Source of the DNA: a candidate division FCPU426 bacterium
GTDB taxonomy: Bacteria > Oederibacteriota > JAAXVQ01 > JAUVAV01
DNA length: 27,722 nucleotides
Reading direction: 5' to 3'
Assembly: GCA_030637655.1 (NCBI GenBank)
Contig: DAOWGI010000036.1
Location: forward strand, 1 to 27,722
In this document: one piece after another, positions 24,284-27,722 of the stretch
Numbering within the stretch: the first letter of the stretch is position 1
Layout: each line of letters opens with the position of its first letter
Program-made: the position numbers and the translations under genes
Notes under the pieces: model-generated
What the model was told of the DNA's origin: nothing
What the model saw: only the letters and a program-made list of their open reading frames with translations
Databases searched by the model: none

Positions 24284-25284
24284 AAAATCACCAACCCTAT
24301 CACACACAAGACAATAACAATCATATCAATAAACGCCACTGCCGCAGAATTGGTAAACCCGCGCTGCAATAAAAAGTGATGTCCATGCCGATTGTCAGCT
24401 TTAGATATGGGTTCGCCTCTACGCCAACGGCGTAGAATTACTTGTGCGGTATCGAAAATCGGCCAACCCAATACCAAGCAGACAAATATCCAGACCTCAA
24501 AGGAAAGGGCCCGGCCCACCAGGAGCAACGCGGCAAAACCGAGTAAAAAACCGAGAACATTTGAACCCGCATCGCCCAGAAATATTTTAGCGGGAAAATG
24601 ATTGAAACGCCAAAATCCCAAAGCTGCCCCGGCCGCAGCGGCTGACACCAGGGCAGCTAAAAAACATTGATAGCGTGTCACCATATCCTGACTCTGCGAA
24701 GCCAGCAGCAGCGCGCCCAAGGTAAGGGCGCAACCGCTGATCAGAGCTTGACTGGAAGCCAGACCGTCCAAGCCATCAATAAAGTTAAAAGCATTGATGA
24801 CAAAAATCAACCAAACACAGGCCAGAAAAATACCTATCCCCGGCCAGAGGTGCCACCAGTATCCTACCCACGGCAACTGTAGCGTCTCAATACGAAAGCC
24901 GGCCAACACCACCAAACCGACAGCCGACAACTGGGCTAATAATTTTACTTTGGGAGGCAAAGGCAGCCGGTCATCCAGCAAACCCACACAGGTAATCAAA
25001 AAAACCGCAAAAAAAAGAAAAGGTAGCCGAGTACCAAAATAACCTTCGCGATAGGTGACCAACACTTGACCAAAAGACGTATACTGCAACACAATCCACA
25101 AACTGACCAGCAGGGCTGAAAAAATCGCCAGACCACCCCACAAGGGAACCAAACGACGATGGTGCTTGCGCCGGCGATCCGGTTTATCAATAACATCAAA
25201 CCGTTCCGCCACGCGACGCACCGGCGGTGTGATTAAAAAAGCAACCACGCCGGCTATAGCAAAAACCAGCAAACTGGTTAGCAT
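24274..25284 (-). CDS. MraY/WecA/TagO-family undecaprenyl-phosphate GlcNAc-1-phosphate transferase
   Basis: VPLWGGLAI, GLLDD, NAFNFIDGLDGLA, FNHFPAKIFLGDAGS, ADNRHGHH. Confidence 0.92.
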   Translation of the reverse strand: MLTSLLVFAIAGVVAFLITPPVRRVAERFDVIDKPDRRRKHHRRLVPLWGGLAIFSALLVSLWIVLQYTSFGQVLVTYREGYFGTRLPFLFFAVFLITCVGLLDDRLPLPPKVKLLAQLSAVGLVVLAGFRIETLQLPWVGYWWHLWPGIGIFLACVWLIFVINAFNFIDGLDGLASSQALISGCALTLGALLLASQSQDMVTRYQCFLAALVSAAAAGAALGFWRFNHFPAKIFLGDAGSNVLGFLLGFAALLLVGRALSFEVWIFVCLVLGWPIFDTAQVILRRWRRGEPISKADNRHGHHFLLQRGFTNSAAVAFIDMIVIVLCVIGLVILWL

Positions 25285-25347
25285 GCAAATGCTCCCTACA
25301 CCAGGGTTGTCCTCACATCAAACCAGGAGGAGCGACGGGTATTGGCA

Positions 25348-25854
25348 CTAATTGTCTAAAAATGGTTTGAATTGAATCAACTCGATGCCTGCTTCTTTCA
25401 ACATGGTCAATGACAGTTCATCCGGATATCCACCCTCAAATTTGATGGTTTTAATCCCGGCGTTGATCAACATTTTTGTGCAGATCACACAAGGCTGCGT
25501 TGTGCAATACAATGTTGAGCCTGCAATGGAAACCCCATGAATGGCAGCTTGAATAATGGCATTTTGTTCACCATGCAGACCACGGCAGATCTCATGCCGC
25601 TCACCGGAAGGCACATTCATTTTGGCTCGCAAACATCCGGTCTCACGACAATGCTTTAGGCCGCGCGGCGAACCGTTGTATCCGGTTGCGACAATCCGTT
25701 TGTCTTTGACCAAAATGGCTCCTACCGAACGACGCATACAGGTGGAGCGTTTGGCAACCACGCGGGTGATTTCCATAAAATACTCATCCCACGAGATACG
25801 CTCTTGTTTTTTTTCTCCCAGGTCTGCCACGTTTTGACTCCCGGTCAAACTCAT
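25348..25854 (-). CDS. dCMP deaminase / ComEB-like cytidine deaminase family protein
   Basis: SWDEYFM, RSTC.RR.VGA, ATGYNG, HGEQNA, PCVIC. Confidence 0.93.
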   Translation of the reverse strand: MSLTGSQNVADLGEKKQERISWDEYFMEITRVVAKRSTCMRRSVGAILVKDKRIVATGYNGSPRGLKHCRETGCLRAKMNVPSGERHEICRGLHGEQNAIIQAAIHGVSIAGSTLYCTTQPCVICTKMLINAGIKTIKFEGGYPDELSLTMLKEAGIELIQFKPFLDN

Positions 25855-27080
25855 AATGGAAACCGTTCACACAGTTCGCGAACACTATTGCTGATTTTCT
25901 CCAACTCCGCTGCTTCTCCATTCCCGCGCACCACCTGATCAATGTACCCGGCAATCTGATGCATTTCCGCTTCACGCATGCCTTGCGAGGTAATGGCCGG
26001 AACTCCCAAACGAATACCCGAGGTAATTCGCGGGCCGAGCGGATCATCCGGTATTCCGTTTTTGTTGACCACAATACCGCCCTCTTCCAAACGCCGGGCT
26101 GCATCCGCCCCGGTCATGTTTTCTTTGCGCAAATCAATGAGGATCAGATGATTATCCGTCCCATTGGTCAGCAAATTAAAGCCTCGAGAGAGCAGCTCCT
26201 CGGCCAGGACTTTGGCATTGCTCACGATCTGTTGCGCGTATGCTTTAAAGGCCGGTTGGTGAGCCTCGTGAAATGCCACTGCTTTGGCTGCAATGACGTG
26301 CATTAAAGGACCACCCTGCACACCGGGAAAAATAGCGGCATCCACCTTTTTCGCAAATTCATTTCTACATAGAATAAAACCACCACGCGGTCCACGTAAT
26401 GTTTTATGGGTGGTCGAAGTAATCACATCCGCATACGGCACTGGAGACGGATGCGCGCCACCGGCAATTAATCCCGCGATATGCGCGATATCCACTAAAA
26501 AGTAGGCGCCGGTTTCATCACAAATCGAACGCATAGCCGCAAAATCAATAATGCGCGGATAGGCGGACGCCCCGGCAATAAGTAAGCGGGGCTTGAGTTC
26601 CCGGGCCTGTTTGGCCAGCGCCTCATAATCTATTAGATGCGTAACCGGATGTACTTTGTATGAATGTGCTTCGTACAATTTGCCGGAAAAATTAAATTTA
26701 GCGCCGTGCGTCAGATGTCCGCCGTCAGCCAAATCCATGCCCAAGACTTTGTCTCCGGGTTGTAATAGCGCCATGTACGCGGCCAGGTTGGCTGTACTTC
26801 CGGAATGCGCTTGCACATTCGCATGCTCTGCCTGATACAAGGCTTTCACCCGGTCAATGGCTAATTGCTCGACACGATCCGAGGGACCGCACCCTTGATA
26901 GTAACGCGCGTTGGGATAGCCTTCGGCATATTTGTTGGTGAAAATACTGCCTTGGGCTTCCAGCACTGCCGGCGAAGAAAAATTTTCAGATGCTATCATT
27001 TGTAAGCGAAATCGTTCCCGCTCGATCTCTGCCTTTAATACTTCCTGGATTTCCGGATCAACTTGAGCTAAGGGGTTCAC
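25851..27080 (-). CDS. glyA: Serine hydroxymethyltransferase
   Basis: [39 protein letters not shown]. Start probably GTG 27080. Confidence 0.97.
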   Translation of the reverse strand: MNPLAQVDPEIQEVLKAEIERERFRLQMIASENFSSPAVLEAQGSIFTNKYAEGYPNARYYQGCGPSDRVEQLAIDRVKALYQAEHANVQAHSGSTANLAAYMALLQPGDKVLGMDLADGGHLTHGAKFNFSGKLYEAHSYKVHPVTHLIDYEALAKQARELKPRLLIAGASAYPRIIDFAAMRSICDETGAYFLVDIAHIAGLIAGGAHPSPVPYADVITSTTHKTLRGPRGGFILCRNEFAKKVDAAIFPGVQGGPLMHVIAAKAVAFHEAHQPAFKAYAQQIVSNAKVLAEELLSRGFNLLTNGTDNHLILIDLRKENMTGADAARRLEEGGIVVNKNGIPDDPLGPRITSGIRLGVPAITSQGMREAEMHQIAGYIDQVVRGNGEAAELEKISNSVRELCERFPL

Positions 27081-27093
27081 ACTAACACCTTCT

Positions 27094-27561
27094 TTATACG
27101 GTTTGTTTTGCAGCTGAAGCATATTTTTTCTCGATCTCTGTAATTTTATCCAAACGGCGCTGATGGCGGTCACCGCCAAAACGCGCATTCAACCAGGCAC
27201 GAACCATGGCCTCGGCCATTTCCTTTCCGAATACCCGTCCCGGCAAGACCAGTATATTGGCATTGTTGTGTTCCCTGGCGTATTGGGCTACATAAGTATT
27301 GTATGCCAAGGCAGCGCGAATACCCGGCACTTTGTTGGCAACAATGGTCATACCAATACCAGTACCACAAATCAGAATGCCTTGGGCGTCAGCATCCTGT
27401 GCCACCCTCTCAGCCACACGCACACCGATGTCCGGGTAATCACAGGATTCTTCGGTCGTGGTCCCATAGTCTTCCACTTTTTCTCCGGCTTCGTTGAGCA
27501 TCTGTTTCAACTTCTCTTTGAGTTCATAGCCGGCATGATCACTTCCGATAATCAATTTCAT
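27094..27561 (-). CDS. rpiB: Ribose-5-phosphate isomerase B
   Basis: GSDHAG, DYPD, ICGTGIGM..ANKVPGIRAA, HNNAN, RHQRR. Confidence 0.96.
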   Translation of the reverse strand: MKLIIGSDHAGYELKEKLKQMLNEAGEKVEDYGTTTEESCDYPDIGVRVAERVAQDADAQGILICGTGIGMTIVANKVPGIRAALAYNTYVAQYAREHNNANILVLPGRVFGKEMAEAMVRAWLNARFGGDRHQRRLDKITEIEKKYASAAKQTV

Positions 27562-27687
27562 ACTTATCTCCCTTCATTAATATGCTTATTGTCAAAAATA
27601 TTTGATTTAAATTCTTAAAAATACTTTTAATTAAGGTTTTTTTGCTTTTATACCACGCTCTCCTAAAGCCACGCTCATTTAAAAGAT

Positions 27688-27715
27688 TCACCACAGAGGC
27701 ACAGAGGGCACAGAG
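27688..27715 (+). repeat. Short tandem CACAGAG repeat
   Basis: TCACCACAGAGGCACAGAGGGCACAGAG (three CACAGAG units), intergenic, at the window edge. Confidence 0.6.
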
Positions 27716-27722
27716 TTACACA

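Noticed and set aside
14563-27188. Longest-ORF starts for hsdR (14613), ligase/TPR (20950), wecB (24307) and glyA (27188)
   Set aside because: Downstream starts have better RBS-like sequences or avoid large overlaps, and better match expected family N-termini.
622-27618. Numerous short ORFs in the track antisense to or nested within recognised genes (e.g. 10881-11222, 19585-19899, 25959-26306, 27163-27618)
   Set aside because: They shadow well-supported genes and show no recognisable motifs.
27688-27715. CACAGAG tandem repeat as a novel system
   Set aside because: Only three short units at the window edge, with no context to interpret.

Overview
The window has two parts. The right part (~17.1-27.7 kb, mostly minus strand) is a housekeeping and envelope block: rpiB, glyA, dCMP deaminase, a WecA/MraY-like transferase, wecB, an O-antigen-ligase/TPR protein, nrdR and an AmmeMemoRadiSam radical SAM enzyme. 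A ~2 kb islet (geranylgeranyl-reductase-like gene, SIR2-like remnant) sits between two copies of the wecB 3' end. The left part (1-~17.0 kb, all genes on the minus strand, visibly more AT-rich) is a defence/toxin-antitoxin island. It holds an IS21-like end, HigB plus HigA-ImmA, a broken HipA-like kinase/DUF3037 pair, three RhuM paralogues, a TIGR02391 protein, a TIGR04141 protein, a putative HEPN protein, a type I-like RM system with fused M-S subunit, mobile mystery A/B and RadC. The most striking unexplained feature is a ~25-bp imperfect palindrome (consensus GAAACCAGTGGCTGGCACCTGATTC). It occurs in eight same-orientation copies, I saw it only inside the island, and it repeatedly sits where unrelated gene fragments are joined, which suggests a site-directed gene capture/shuffling process. 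No recombinase for it is visible in this window. All family calls come from motif recognition by eye, not from database searches.
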